A stretch of DNA of 63,947 nucleotides, counting the filler, from Basidioascus undulatus (Eukaryota): the NCBI GenBank assembly GCA_000826855.1. It is 3 parts of 3 records of this genome, joined end to end, with 100 filler letters (N's around TTAATTAATTAA, not from the genome) between each part and the next. Parts side by side here need not be neighbours in the genome. Positions count along the whole stretch, not along the records: positions 1 to 21,863 come from JTLS01000311.1; 2 more parts are not named here. One strand, 5' to 3'. Below, in pieces: positions 1-13,600 of the stretch. The notes under the pieces are model-generated. The model worked only from the letters and a program-made list of their open reading frames with translations, made no database searches and had not been told where the DNA came from. A program made the position numbers and the translations under genes. Positions within the stretch are counted from its first letter, which is position 1. Each line of letters opens with the position of its first letter.

Positions 1-585
1 GGAGTTGCCATTGACCTACACTCGTCTGACTGGACGTGGACGCCTTCTTCATATTCTTCCACCTCTTTACTAGTTGGGTTTTGTTTTCGGTTGGCACGTT
101 GGTTCATAGGCATTGTTGTCGTTCACGCATGTTCGCACGCACGCAGTTTTACCCCCTCATTTCATTAGCATTTATTCCATTCGAATTTCCATTCCCATTC
201 ACATTCACATTCGCAGAATCATTCCCGTTCTTCACATTCCCATTCATTCGCTTCCCCTTAGCATCCCACTCCCTTCCCAGGTCCCTTCCCGTCCGATAAT
301 CCAAGCCCCGGGATTTGTACACTTTTGTGACGAAATAGCGTAGACCTGACCGACTAGCTTGATACACTCACATACACCATTCACGCAATCCTGCGGGCCC
401 CTGCGTGCCCTAGTCTGTTGAACGACGGAAAGTCAAACTCGCTCTGCTATCGTCTTTCGCGTGCTTCGCGAGAACGAGAACCGCACAACACCACGGTCGC
501 CCTCCAATGCCTTGAGCTTTTTCAGACGCACGACGCTAACCACCACTCACATTAATCCCAATCCTCTTACCTCCCTGCACTCACC

Positions 586-1370
586 ACGTTGTCTCGCATC
601 GCTCTGCTTTTCGTGGCTTCTGCCGCCTTTCTTGCCGGTATGTGCTAATCCTTTTATGTGGAAGTGTGTGCTGAAGTAGAAGGACTGGGCTGCCGGCCCT
701 CTCCCCTCTCGCAACCAAATCTGATCTTCACGCCCAGCTGGTCAGCCGCGTCGCTGAGCCGTGGCACCACCGCAGCGGGCACCTCATGTCCCGGCAGGAA
801 CAAGAGGTCTGCCAAACATAGTGCAGTGCCTCACAGCAGAGCTCGTTCACCGTGCGCACCCCTCTTGATATCGCAATCTCTTGCGAGAGTCACGGTGACG
901 TGCGGGTGCGTAGGGCTGCGTCAACTTCGATTCTCCCTCCGTCGACCTCTCGTGTCTGCTCCTGGCGCGACGCGAACGAGAACACCGACTGCTAGACTTG
1001 CACAATGTCGCTCCTGGGCGCCAGGGGTTCCTCGTTGTTGATTCCATACTCTGGCTTGGGATGCTAATGTCCACCAATGTGCACTTCCAGGCAATCAACT
1101 CAACTCGGTCTGCGCAGCCGTCGCAAACGGCCAGTTCACCGCCTCCGTCATGGTCCCCGGCGGTATCGCGTCCTCCGCTATCAGCGAGGTCGCCAGCCGC
1201 GGGATTGCCACGTCTTCGAGCGGCTCTGCGACCCTATCCGCAAACCCGGGCTCTTCAGGGGCGGACGGCAGCTCGTCAGCCGACGACGGCAACCTCGCCG
1301 GCGCGCTGCGGCTGGGCGCTGGCTCCGTCGTCGGTGCTGCTGGCTCGCCCTTGGACCTGCGCTTCTCTGA
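586..1370 (+). pseudogene. Decayed small secreted, Cys-containing, Ser-rich, probably GPI-anchored protein gene
   Basis: A signal-peptide-like exon (T)LSRIALLFVASAAFLA begins at ACG (586-588) in a CACC context where ATG is expected, followed by a GTATGT donor. Later exons have Cys residues and a Ser/Gly-rich stalk. The hydrophobic tail AGALRLGAGSVVGAA...LALGPALL* needs a frameshift near 1342, and another frame break lies near 738-748. Confidence 0.5.
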
Positions 1371-2137
1371 GCACGTTGAGGAGGTGGTTCAACAATAAGC
1401 GTTGGTCAACTACTGCATCTACCGCACATCAATCTTAATGGATCATTCATGCCTTTGGCAGCTCCGCCGTGTGCTTGAAGACTTGCGCCAATCTGGCAGC
1501 GAAGCTTTACATGGTCATGCTGATCATCAATTCAAGAATGGGGCATTCACGGAACATTATGTAGCCTTGTCTCTTCCATATCTCTACTTATCTGCGCTCT
1601 CGGTGTCAAGATCCACCTACATCCCAAGCAATTCAACCACATAGCAAAGTGACTGTGTAACGCGCTCACCGGTATTCTTGAGAAATACAACTCTTCCGTG
1701 ATCGCTTTTAAGTAAGGATAGTCCATATGATAGTGTCATTGGCCATGTTTGCTCTCAAGGACTGAGCAGGGCAAACGACTGCGCGGCGGAAGCTCTTGCA
1801 ATTGTCAGCTTGCGTTAGCAACTCGCTGCCATATCGACAGTTGATGGCCGCTGCCCTTATATTTCATGATAGACGGGTCTTCAGTGATATACATGAGATA
1901 TATCAAGGAGACTGAGGGCCGAAAGGTACGAGGCATCTAGGGGCGACCAGACATGCACGAAAGGAGTGTTGATCATTCCCCGGCAGCCTTCAGTTTGCAG
2001 TGACTGCGACTGACCTCCGGGCTCAAAATTCCAAAACTCGACCAAGCTGTTCCTTGGCCCACAATTAGCTTCATCCTTCTCCTTCCAGAGAACTCATCCC
2101 GTCCTATCTCGAGCCCCATATTCCTCATATCTGACAG

Positions 2138-2863
2138 CGAGGACGACATGCCCTCGTACCCTGCGCCCCGGTGGCCCTGCACGAGTGGGGGCGGGTCATC
2201 CAGATCATCGGACAGCCGTGGAGGATCAAGACTCCCAAATATCTCATAACTTGGGCGGAACCTCTGCGCGCAACAGGGAACATGTGTTTCTTTCATCTCT
2301 ACAGCCTTCGAAAGCTCACTCATCTCCCGTGGCTCACGGAGTCTTCCCAACTCTCCAGCGTCAATGCGCAACTCATTCGGCCCATCACGCACAAGAAGCC
2401 AGTACTCATCAAAGCGCTCCTGACCTTCTCCTCGGACATCGCCGCACACCGCGCCCTCTCGCTAGTCGGGCGCCTCCGCGCCGACCCGGACGCATGGCGC
2501 GCACCCTCCGCGATGGTCGCTAGCACTGGCAGCGTGGGTCCGCCGTACTGGCATGATACGGAGGCCATCCGGACGTTTACGGTGTGGGAGGAGGAGTGGA
2601 GGGCGTGGTGCGACAGGGGGTGGGAAGGCGATGGGAGAAAAAGGAAGGAACGGGAGGAGAACTTGGAGGAAGGGGAGGTCGTCGAGTACAGAAAGAACCG
2701 GTCACGACGAAGGGATGAGATGCTCCATCTCGACTCGCTCCTTCGCCCCTTCGACAGCCCCCAGAAGTTCCGCCGGGCAGCCAGCGACCCATCCAACCTC
2801 CTCTGCCCCCCGCCGCTCACACCCATCACCCACCGCCTCTCGCTTCACCCTTCGCTGCGCTGA
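2138..2863 (+). CDS. Hypothetical protein or gene fragment, 5' end unresolved
   Basis: About 240 open codons follow a possible acceptor (ctgacag, ending 2137). The ATG at 2148 is out of frame with the long ORF. No recognisable domain. Confidence 0.3.
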   Translation, partial: RGRHALVPCAPVALHEWGRVIQIIGQPWRIKTPKYLITWAEPLRATGNMCFFHLYSLRKLTHLPWLTESSQLSSVNAQLIRPITHKKPVLIKALLTFSSDIAAHRALSLVGRLRADPDAWRAPSAMVASTGSVGPPYWHDTEAIRTFTVWEEEWRAWCDRGWEGDGRKRKEREENLEEGEVVEYRKNRSRRRDEMLHLDSLLRPFDSPQKFRRAASDPSNLLCPPPLTPITHRLSLHPSLR

Positions 2864-4941
2864 ATCCCTCGCTCTCACCAACCCCCGTCGGCCACGACTT
2901 CACATGTTCCGAAGTACAAGGGCTGCCTGCGATCGAGACGATGCTCGAGGTCCTGTGACCCGCGTGGGAGTCGGCTCCAGGCGACCCGGAATGGGCGGAG
3001 GTGACGGAAGTTTGGAGGGCATCACTAAGCGCTGGATACGGGGCCGGACTTAATAAATCTGAGTATCAATAGAAGAAGGAAATTTGAAGACTGCGAGGAG
3101 TGTACCTTTGGGTGGCTTTACCGCCCGGCGCATGAGTGCGGGGTGCCAAAAGGGTACGTGGGCCGATCGCCAGAGGCTCGCATTCTGGCGGAGGAAATAA
3201 TTTCTATCTTAAATAATTCTGTACAGATTATTCTTGGCAAGGATAGGCGATGGGGAGACCGGACGGCATTTGCTGCGACGGCACGCCCAAGTCTCTCACA
3301 TCTCATATCGCCTGAGGTCTGATTCCCCAGCCTCGAAACACTCTCCAGTGACCTTCCCGGAATAAATACTTTTGGTGGGTTCCCCCCTCAGTAACCGTTC
3401 AGCTTGTATTCCTGCAGAATGTTCGTCAACGGCTGGACGTGCCTGGTCAGGTTGCGCTCGGCGTCTCAGCACACGGTATAGCGCAATTGGTTAGGAACAC
3501 ACCCCAACAAAATACCATGAGATGTATTATCCATGTTCCTCCGTACTTCAATTCTCATATCCCCCTGCACGGCAGTGCCAGAAGCTGAAGACACGGGTCA
3601 TGGAAAGTCCGGCTTACAGAGTAGGAAGTACTTCTAGATAGTCAAGAACAGTTTCGGGAGGGCTTTTCGAAGCGCATAGGAAGTTTGTGTATAGCCAGGC
3701 TGCAGCTCATCCGCCGACCAAGTGCCAACTGCTCTCAGGCTAGCATACACTAGCCAGGTAAATGATCACGAATGCATCAATTCAAAGCAGTCCACCAGCC
3801 ACCAACCGCTCATATGAACTCTGCCTCGTTGCAACCAGGCTCTCGCCAGGCACCCGCTTTTCCCCTTGCCGCGCGCGTGCTGCTACTTCTCTTCTTAACT
3901 TCTAAGCTCGGGAAAGAGCCGACAGCTACAAGTCGAGGAGCCAGGGTGGGACCCGAGTGGCAGAGGACGGAGGAGGGCACGCAAAGTAGGGCTCTGGAGG
4001 GAGTGTTCTGGGAGAGAGGGCGCGGCCCCACCGTTAATATTAGCTTTCTTCATGAAACATTTACCGTTTGCGAAAATAAAGACCCTGCTGCCTGGCGGTA
4101 GCGATTCCGTAGAGACTGGGCTTGCCGCGCCATAGCGGAAACGGAACTACCCTTCGCTGGAGAGTCGGAGGCTGTGCAGCTACTTCTTCTCAAGACCTAT
4201 CGTCTGATATGCACACTGTACCTTTAAGACTGGGGAGTTCAAGCACTCATGAACATGTCGCTTTCAGCAGTGCATGATCTTGCGCATTCGCATGCCGCTT
4301 CTCCGACTGCAAGCACGATGCTTCTCCACGGTTCTTGCGTGATAGGCCAAGGAATTCTTCCCTCTCCTCCCTTACCAGTGTACCAGCGGCCAAGAGGTGC
4401 GGTAGACCTGGATCACTCAGCATTGAACAGGTGGTCAATCACCGTTCCTCGGAATGCACTGCGAAGGAGCGGTACCGTCTCCGCAGGATCTGTGAGCAAG
4501 ATTTTTTTTATAATCCTCTGAGCTTTCAGGCATTCATCGGAAGCAAGAATATAAACAATAACCTCCCAGCCGTGCAGGGTAGGTCGGGCTTCGCGTAAGA
4601 GTACCGCCCGCTCTTCCTGCTTTTGCGTTTGTCGAGACTGGACTCACTGGACTCGCCTGGACGCGTCCTCGACGCGAGACGCGTTTCACAATTTAAATGA
4701 ACTCCCGACCTCATCGGCCGCCACGTTCTCGCTCTCGAGCGTCTTCCTTTTGCTTCCTTGCCTTCTCAGCAACCTCCACCGCCCACCCTTGCCCAGCTCA
4801 CTCAGCGACCAGCTCGCAGCTGCATCTCCTGAAGATGCTGGACGCAGCGCAGGTTTCCCCTCGATACCATCCATCTCCTCAGCACCAGCACTCTATACCT
4901 TCCCTTTCCTTGACCGAACGACTCTAGACTGGAAAGACATA

Positions 4942-7093
4942 ATGGGATCCGTCTCCACCGCCGCGACCGTCCTTGGCCAGCCGATCGTCCTCCCCAACGG
5001 CGTGACGCTGCCCAACCGGTGCGTGTTCGTTTGAGATAGACAAGATGTTGGGAACGGAGGCTGATGTGGGTGAGGATGGACAGCTTCCTCAAGTCCGCGA
5101 TGACTGAGCGCCTCTGCACGTACTCCGACACCGACCTGAACGAGCGCGGCAAGCCTACCAGTGCGTCCCCCCTCCTCATCCTCCAAGGGGGCTGGGGGGC
5201 TTACTGGGCGGCCTGATCCACAGCCGAGTACCTCGAGGCGTACCGCGTTTGGGGGCAGGGCAAGATCGGCACGATTGTGCTCGGGAACCTGCCCGTCTCG
5301 CGCATGGACCTCGAGGCGAAGGGGAACGCGATCCTTGACAAGGTGCGCTTCCCCCCTTCCAACCCCACTTGCCTCTTCAGCTAAAGACTTGAATTTCATG
5401 TCCAGGACAACACCTGGGACGCCGTCGAGGCGTTCAAGCCCGTCATCGCGGCGGCCAAGGCGGGTGGGAGCATCGTCATTGGGCAGATCACCCACGGTGG
5501 TCGCCAGGTGCCTTACGGTGCGTTTATTCTCCTCCGACTGCCGCGTGCAATTCCAGACTGATGCGTGGATGTGTCTGCAGAGGTCAACCCCAACCCCGTC
5601 TCCGCCTCGGACGTCAAGACGCCTGACGCGATGGGTATGTTTCTTTGCCTTGCCTCCATGCTGAAGGCGGTAGCTTATCGAAACGGGATCCTCTGAACAC
5701 CAGGCATGAAGTTCGGCAACCCCCGTCCCCTCACCGTCTCGGAAATCGCGGACCTCGTCGACCGCTTCGCGTGGGCGGCCAAGGCGCTGTACGACGCGGG
5801 CGCGGACGGCGCGCAGCTGCACGGCGCGCACGGGTACCTCATCTCGCAGTTTTTGTCACCGCGCGTAAACAAGCGCACGGACCAGTACGGCGGCTCGCCC
5901 GAGAACAGGCAGCGCTTCGTGATGGAGATCATCGCTGCGATTCGTCAGCGTGTGCCGGATGAGAAGTTTATTCTGTCGATCAAGTTGTGCGTTTCCTCCT
6001 CCGCCCTCTTTCCTCTCCTCCGCTCTTCTCCCCCTTCTCTCTGCTCTCCCTCCTCCTTTTCTCCAAAATGTCTGACTTGATCCTTTTTTTAGCAACTCCG
6101 CGGACTTCTCCGACGGCGGCTTCTCCCCCGAGGAGTCGCGCCTCTTCGCCGAGAAGGCCGAGGCGGCCGGTCTCTCGCTGCTCGAGCTTTCCGTGCGTCC
6201 CCCGTTCCCCCTCCCCTCTCCTTCCCCTCCCCTCTCCTTCCCCATCCCCATCCTTCTTTCCTCCTTCCTTTCTTCCTTTCCTTGCCTTCCTGCCTGTAAT
6301 AGACTAACTGACGGGGCTCGTGCGGTGTTCCAGGGCGGCTCCTACGAGTCCCTCGCATTCGAGCACAAGAAGGAGAGCACGATCAAGCGCGAGGCGTACT
6401 TCATCGAGTTTGCGGATGAGCTCAGGAAGCACATCAAGAAGGTGTGTTTGCCGTTCTCTGCACTCCCTTCTCCCTTCGCTCTCCCCTGTTTACCCCGGTG
6501 CTCACTGTGTGCAACCCACAGGCCGTCCTCGCCGTCACTGGCGGCTTCCGCTCCGCCGAGGCAATGGCCAAGGTCCGTCTTCCCTCCGCTCTCCCTATCC
6601 CTATCTTGGCCGGGAAATACTGATGCTCGCATTGTGTTGCACAGGCTGTTTCCGAGGGCTCCACGGACGTGATCGGTCTCGGCCGCCCGCTCACCGCCGA
6701 GCCTTACTTCTGCGCCGACATCTTGAAGTCTTCTGTGAAGGTCGCGAAGCCTAACCTGTTCGTCCCGTCCCCTTCTCCCTCTCCTCCCCTCCTCCATTCC
6801 TCCCTGCCACTCCCCTTCCCCCCCTCTCCTCCCTTCCCCTATCCCATCCCCTAAACTTTGCTCACTCGCTCATCGCTCGCTCGCACAGCATCCCCACCGC
6901 CCTCCAAACCGTCTCCTCCGTGATGCAGATCCAGGACTTTGCGCACCAGCGGCCCGTGACGGATCTCTCGTCCGAGGCCGTCGTCGCCGAGATCCTCCCA
7001 GTCATCACCGGCCAGCGCCCCGCGAAGGCCGACAAGGTTGCGGGGGAGGCGGCCGCGTACGATCGGACGGAGAAGAGCGCAGAGAAGCAGTAG
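4942..7093 (+). CDS. NADH:flavin oxidoreductase, Old Yellow Enzyme family (multi-exon)
   Basis: The spliced product starts MGSVSTAATVLGQPIVLPNGVTLPNRFLKSAMTE and contains QITHGGRQ, GADGAQLHGAHGYLISQFLSPRVNKRTDQYGGSPENRQRF, TGGFRS and IGLGRPLTAEP. Stop TAG at 7091-7093. Introns are canonical. Confidence 0.92.
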
Positions 7094-7636
7094 AGGTTAA
7101 GAGACTTTGAGAGGGGGTTTGAGGATGAAGGATGCATAGAGGTTGAATGCGCATACGGATGCGAGAGGTGTGGTTCTGAAGCGTGGTTTGAGCTCGCAGG
7201 AGGATACCGTTTCACACAGCCTGAGCAGCAGTCGCAGGCAACTACCGCTCTCAGAAAGCCATGTTTGCGAGACCGACATCTAGAATCTCCCGCTCATAGT
7301 CAAGTCGAACAGCAGAACGTGCAGATGTCCGCGAAAGCGATCCGGTTGTTTCCCAAAGTGCCCTCTGCTTCGCAATGTGAAAGCAACCGTTGGCATGGCC
7401 GCATACCTAAACATTGACGGAATCGTCCTTGGATATAACTTTCTTTAGTCTCAATTCTTTGGGACTATGGTGTATGCAGTGGAGAGCATGTTTTTCAAGT
7501 CGTAAAAAGCGAGAGTTTGACGCTGCACTTTATATTTCCAGTCACGGGCCCGGCACTGGCGTGGACGCTGGACAGCATGCATGGTCCTTATCCTGCCTAC
7601 CCACCCTCATATACCCTTGAGACCCCAACGGTCACC

Positions 7637-10600
7637 ATGTCGGACCCGCCAGTCCCCTTTCCCTCATCATCCGCCCCGCAGCCCGCGCCGGCGCCGACGG
7701 TCTCGGTCCCCTCCACGTCAGCGAACCCGCTCACGCGCCTCATCCCCCGGTCGCGTACGCAGAGCCTCAACTCGCCCGCGTCGTCCCCAGTCGCGACGGG
7801 CGATATTATGGTCCGCTCGGGGGGCAGCGCGAGCCTCAAGGGATTGGGCGCAACGGGGATCGGGGGCGGGGCGAGGAAGGGGTGGGCGGCGGGAAGGGCA
7901 AGGGGAGAGAAAGGTGAGCTGCAATCTCAGATGCCTGGATACGTGGAAAATGACTGAATAGCGGGAGGGATCTAGCCCAACCACCTCAAGATCCAAAGTA
8001 CAAGAAGTACACGCAACAGGTCGAGCGCAGCCTGGCAGCGTTCCTCGACGTCCAGGAATGGGCGGACTTTATCGCCTTTCTCACCCGGCTGCTGAAGGTC
8101 CATCTACCTCCTCCTATTCACCCACTTCATACCCTTCTACAATGCTTAAATACTGCGCTGGAACCTCCAGACCTTCCAAGCCTATCCACAGTTCGACGAG
8201 ATCCCCCGCAAGCTCACCGTCTCCAAGCGCCTCGCGCAATGCCTCAACCCCGCGCTCCCGACGGGCGTACATCAGCGTGCACTGGACGTGTATGCTCAAA
8301 TTTTCAGCGTGATTGGCGTGCGTCTTTTTACTTTGTTCAAGTTTTCTTTCTCCTTGTCCAGGCTGATGGGAGGATGAACCCAGGTCGAGGGGCTGCGGAG
8401 AGACCTGCAAGTCTGGAGCTCGGGACTGTTCCCGTTCTTCCAGTATGCGGCAACATCAGTGAAGGTGTGCTTTAATCTCCTGTTTGAAACATTGGAGGTC
8501 TCGCTGACCTCGACTGCGCCTACAGCCCGCCCTCCTCTCGATCTACGAAAAGTACTACTTCCCGCTGCAAGAGTCTCTCCGACCAGTAATGAAAGCCTTC
8601 ATCCTCGCGCTCCTCCCTGGGCTCGAAGAAGAAACGGGCGAGTTCTTCGATCCCGTGCGCCATTCTCTTCCATCCCCGCTTTCCCCTTGCCCTGACGAGT
8701 GGTCGCACAGGTCCTCCGCCTTCTCGACTACCTCTCCGGCACGGTCAACCCAGCCTTCTTCCTCCAAAACCTCTTCCTCGTCCTCCTCACATCCCCGACC
8801 GCCCGCATTCCGGCACTCAACTTTCTCTCCCGGCGGTTCCCCAAACTGCGGGGCGACGAAGGTGCCCACCCAAATCTGAACCCCAATCCCGCACTTGCTA
8901 ATCAAGGGCGGGAACAGACATCACCGTCTTCGTCGGCTCCGACATCGGGCTCATGATCCGCGGATTCGCCGCCTCGCTCGAGGACGACCAGCTTCTCGTC
9001 CGACGCGCGGCACTCGAGCTCCTCGTCACATCTCTCCGACTGAGCAGCGACAGCTTCAAGCGCGACACCCAGCCAGGCGACCGCGTCCTCCTCATGAAAA
9101 CCGCAGCAGGCGTCGTCCTCCGCCGGGACCTCTCTCTCAACCGGCGGCTGTACGCGTGGCTGCTCGGCGCAGACGACAGCCCCGACGCGCAGATCGCCCA
9201 TCTCCGGACGCACGGGCTGGACCTTCTCCGGCAGTCGCTGCTTGTTCGTCCACGCCTCCTTCTGCTTAAGATATGGTCCAGCTGATCGTATTATTGTGAT
9301 TGACGCAGGACGACATGCTCTCTCCCTCCTCCGCCGACCCCGCCGAGCGCACGAGACCATACAAAGTCTTCATCTCCCTGCTGGACAAATGGGAGGTCGG
9401 CTACCCGCTCACGGAGGTGCTCGTTCTCGACGTGCTGCGCGTGCTGGAGCGCGAGCTGCGCGATGTGGACGAGGACGACGAGGTATGCCTTGTATTGGCG
9501 CGCCCTGCGAGGATGGATGCTGAGTGACGCGCGGGATGGCAGCTCCTGATGACTGCGAGCATGCTCGTCGAGAGCGTGGACCTCCATACGACGTGGAGAA
9601 AATTGTATGGCGCGCTCAAGGCAGACTTTGAGAAGGGCGAGGGGGACTCGGAGGTTTGGTGTTCGAATGACTGGGTTGCGCCCGGCGCTGATTATTCGGT
9701 GGGGCGTCGTCAGGCCATCCGCATCATCCGCTTCATCGTCCGCCGTTTCGGCGCGAAGGACGAGGAGCTGCACGCTCTGCATCTCCCGCTGGCTCTGTTC
9801 GCTCTCCTTTCTCTCGTCGAGGTTCGTGGCATTTCTCTCCTCAACCCGGTATCGGGTACTGAAAGATATACTGGGATGCAGCAAACCCTCTCCTCCCCCT
9901 CCGCCGACGCCTACCTTCCCCTCCTCTCGGAAGCGCTTCAACTCGCGCGCGACCTCCTGCACGTCATCCCGCGCCGGGTCCTGCACCAGCGTCCCCCTAC
10001 CATCCCGTCCTCCCCCGCCTCGCCCCTCTCCCTCGCCGACGAGTACTACGCGCCCGGCGACACCCGTCCGCCTGCACCGACCCTCGATTTCTCACTCTTC
10101 GGTTTTGCCTTCGCTCTCCTCGTCCGCGTCAGCCGCGCGGCGGCGACGGCCCCCGAGAGGGTGGACGTGTTTGAGGGGGCTGTGCGGCTGTTGACGTTGC
10201 TTGTGTGGACGCTGGAGAAGGCGGATGGGGACGACGTGGTGGAGGTGCGATGGGAGCCGAAGGAGTGGCTGGACGCGATGCTCGAGGAGGTGAAAGCTGT
10301 GAGTGGTCGCGCACTGGGAAGGAGAGAAGGTAGGGTGATGCTGAGATGTGGATGACGGCGGATTCCAGGCACGGGACTTCGAGACGGTCGAGACTGTTGT
10401 GGAGAGCTTCATCGCACTCGCGAGCACGCCCGTCATCGAACCCTCGCTGTCCCTCGATGACCGTCCCACAGTCACGGCGCTCATTGAATCTGTGCGCCTG
10501 CCTTCCCGTCTCCCGCACCACCGCATCTGATCCAACTGTGCCCCGCAGTTATTCACGTATCTCCGACCCTTCGCCGTGCCGTATCACGTCCGCGCAGTCG

Positions 10601-13600
10601 ACTTCATCTGGGCGATCGAGCATCTGACGAGCCACCATCATGTCGAGTCGACCATCGCGCGGCGTTTGACGTCGCCTGAGCCGAGGGCGCGCTTGGACGC
10701 GTATGAGGAGTTTGGGACGCTTTGGCGGTTGACTGGTAAGCGTTGTTTTGCCGATGAAAGCGATGGGATGGGGCTGTGGGAAAACGGGGAGGATACTGAT
10801 GATTGATGTGAGGGCGCGCAGATGAGGCGCTCGTGCCGGGACGGAAACTTACGGTGCCGATATTTCTACTGCTCGACACGCTGCAGGACGAGGACATCCC
10901 GACGCGAAGAGCGGGCGAGACGTGGATGCGATGCAACCTCAAGTCATACCTACGGTACGCGACCCTTGCCCTTAGCAGCGAAAAAAGGCCCGGTATCTCA
11001 CATGCTTGGTCCTTCGCGTCCCCAGCGTGGTCGACCCCATCATCACCGCGCTCCTCGACCGCCGCATCCTTCGCACGTCGACCGTGTCCTCCTACGCGGG
11101 GCGCGAGATCCGCGGACTAGCGTACGAGCGCGCGTTCGATCAGGCGCGCGTGAACTACATGCTCGACGGCCTGTTCAGCCTTATCAAATTTGGCGGACAC
11201 GGGTTCAGCCGCGTTGCGAAGAGCACGCCGCTGAAGCTTACGAGCGATGGAGAGCTGCCGAACTTGGTGCAAGGTAATTCAGGGTCCTTGCTTGCGCTCT
11301 GGAAAGGCTGCAAGCTTTGGAGCTGATCGATTTCATTCGCAGGGGGAGGCTTCAATGCCGACGGATCGTACCTGGAAGCCCTCGTCGACTTGCTGCTCAC
11401 GTGCGTCAGGCAAAGCTGCTTCGCGTACCGGAACTCATTGCCTAACACGTTTGCCCTAATAGCTTCCTGCAAAGCGAGCCATCACCGCCGCTTCTCGCGC
11501 AGATGGGCGCGCTCAACGCCCGCACGCAATCGATCGCCATCGATGTCCTTCAAAGCCTCGTTGCACGCGGCGAGATCGACGCTGCCGGGCTGCACTCGAT
11601 CGAGAGCGTCGTGCTCGGCCGGCTGTTCATCTGCGTGCACACGTCCAACCTCGATCAGCAGCACAAACTTCTCCACCTCCTCCACACCGTCCTGAGCACG
11701 TCGAGCGCAGCCCGTGCCGCCTCGCGTCGACGCGAGACCCCAGGTCCGGGCGACGGACACCTCGGCCCGAACACGGGCGCGAGCGACACCGCATCGATCG
11801 TGGAGCCTGAACACGCGCGGCCGCGTCAGCGCTTGAGCGCGGAGCACATCAACCCGCTCTTCGTGCAGACCCTGCTCGACGGCGTTTCGCGACCATCGAA
11901 CCGACCCGTCCTCCAGCACTGGATCGACTTCCTCCTCCTCACCTTCACGCACTTCCGGCACGCACTGCAGACGCTCCTCTTCCCGCTCAACGAGTGCCTC
12001 TGCCGCCAGCTGCGCGAGGCCCTTGCGGACATGGTTCGCACGTACGCTGTCGCTGACGGCGATGCCAAGGAGAAGGACAAGGGCAAGCGGGCAGCCGCGT
12101 CGTCGCGAACCACCGACTCAGAGTTCCTCATGCTCCTCGCGGCGCTCGAACGCGTTGCAATCCTCTGCCAGACGGAGGCGGCCACGGCGTCCGTACCTGA
12201 TTACACCGACGCCGCGGCGGAGAAGGTTCAAGCGGACGGCGTCGGACTGCTACCGTTCCTGAACGTTTTCGGCTCGGACGCTCCCGCAGCGCCGTTGGAA
12301 GAGGCTTCTTCCGTGAGTGTCCTGCCAGTCATCCTATAACTTGAGGGCCGATGCTGAACCGAGGGCCCACCAGCTTCGACTCGCTGCTCTTCGTACACTG
12401 AACGATGTCGTCCGCGTCCTGTATGGAATGTGGCTCCTGTCGACCCGCTCGAAGCGCGTTCAGTCCGGAGCTGCATCCCAAGCGGCCGCGTACATCTACT
12501 CGCGCATCATGCCGCGCTGTCGCAAGGTCCTGGAGCGCCTCTACGAGACGCATGCGCCGGAGCTGCTCGAGTCCATCGTGGAGAACTGGTTTGCAGGCGA
12601 TTCTTGGCCCATGGTACGCCATCTTCAGTAATTCGCTCCGCATGGGAGTTGTATGTCTCACACTGTCGGGTTCGGTTGTACAGGATCCTGCAGAGCGCGA
12701 GGCTGGTACATTCGAGATCATCGACATCCTCGCGCCCAACGCGCAGGCGGTCGTCGGCCTTCTCTCGCAGAGCATTGCGCTGCGCTCGTCTGGCGCCGAC
12801 CGCACGCGGCGGCTCACGCTCAGCCCCACACTGTGCGTTCCATGTCCGCGCGACCTATAGCATCGTTTCGCTAACAAATGTGCTGCAGTACGGACGCCGT
12901 CGTGTTCCGCTTTCTTGAGGCCTACTTCGTCCAGCTGGAGGGCCCAATCGCGGTCCAGGTCTGGGGCACGTTCTTCCCGTTCGCGCGCGACGTCGCTGCG
13001 AATGCCTCGGCACGCAAGATGCAGATCTTCCCTACGCTAAGGTATGCTCTGTGGTGAAATGTGACTGGGATGTCGCTGATTCACGGTCGTTCAGATGCTT
13101 CATCGCGCTCGGGGACAAGATCTGCCAGTCTCGCATCATGGACGACAAGCGAGCGCGGCGCGATTTTCAAGTCAGGCTTGCGGACAGCCTTGAGAACAGC
13201 GCGACGATGCTGAGACTTTTTGTTTACAGGACGTCTTCACCAAGCTCGCGGACGCGTGCATCCTCATCACTGGTCGGTCGTTCGAGACCAGCACATGGAT
13301 GCGACGGTCGGCCATCGGAAAGGATGTCGTCAATGGCGATGACTCGCCCTCGACGTTGTCGGAGGCAGCTGCGAGCGCGGTCGACGAGAAGGATAGCGGC
13401 GTAGCTAGCAAGGCTGCTTGGGGAGTCGAACTGATTGGGCAGGTGCGCCATATTATTGATTGGGGCGTCGTGCTTGCCGTAGCGGCTCACGTGTCTCCCG
13501 CAGATCGAGCGCTTCCTTGCGACTGCTCTCATCCCGCATCTGCGTCGCTTTCTGCATGATGGCGACAAAATCGCGACGATCTGCGGCAACGTCATCTACT

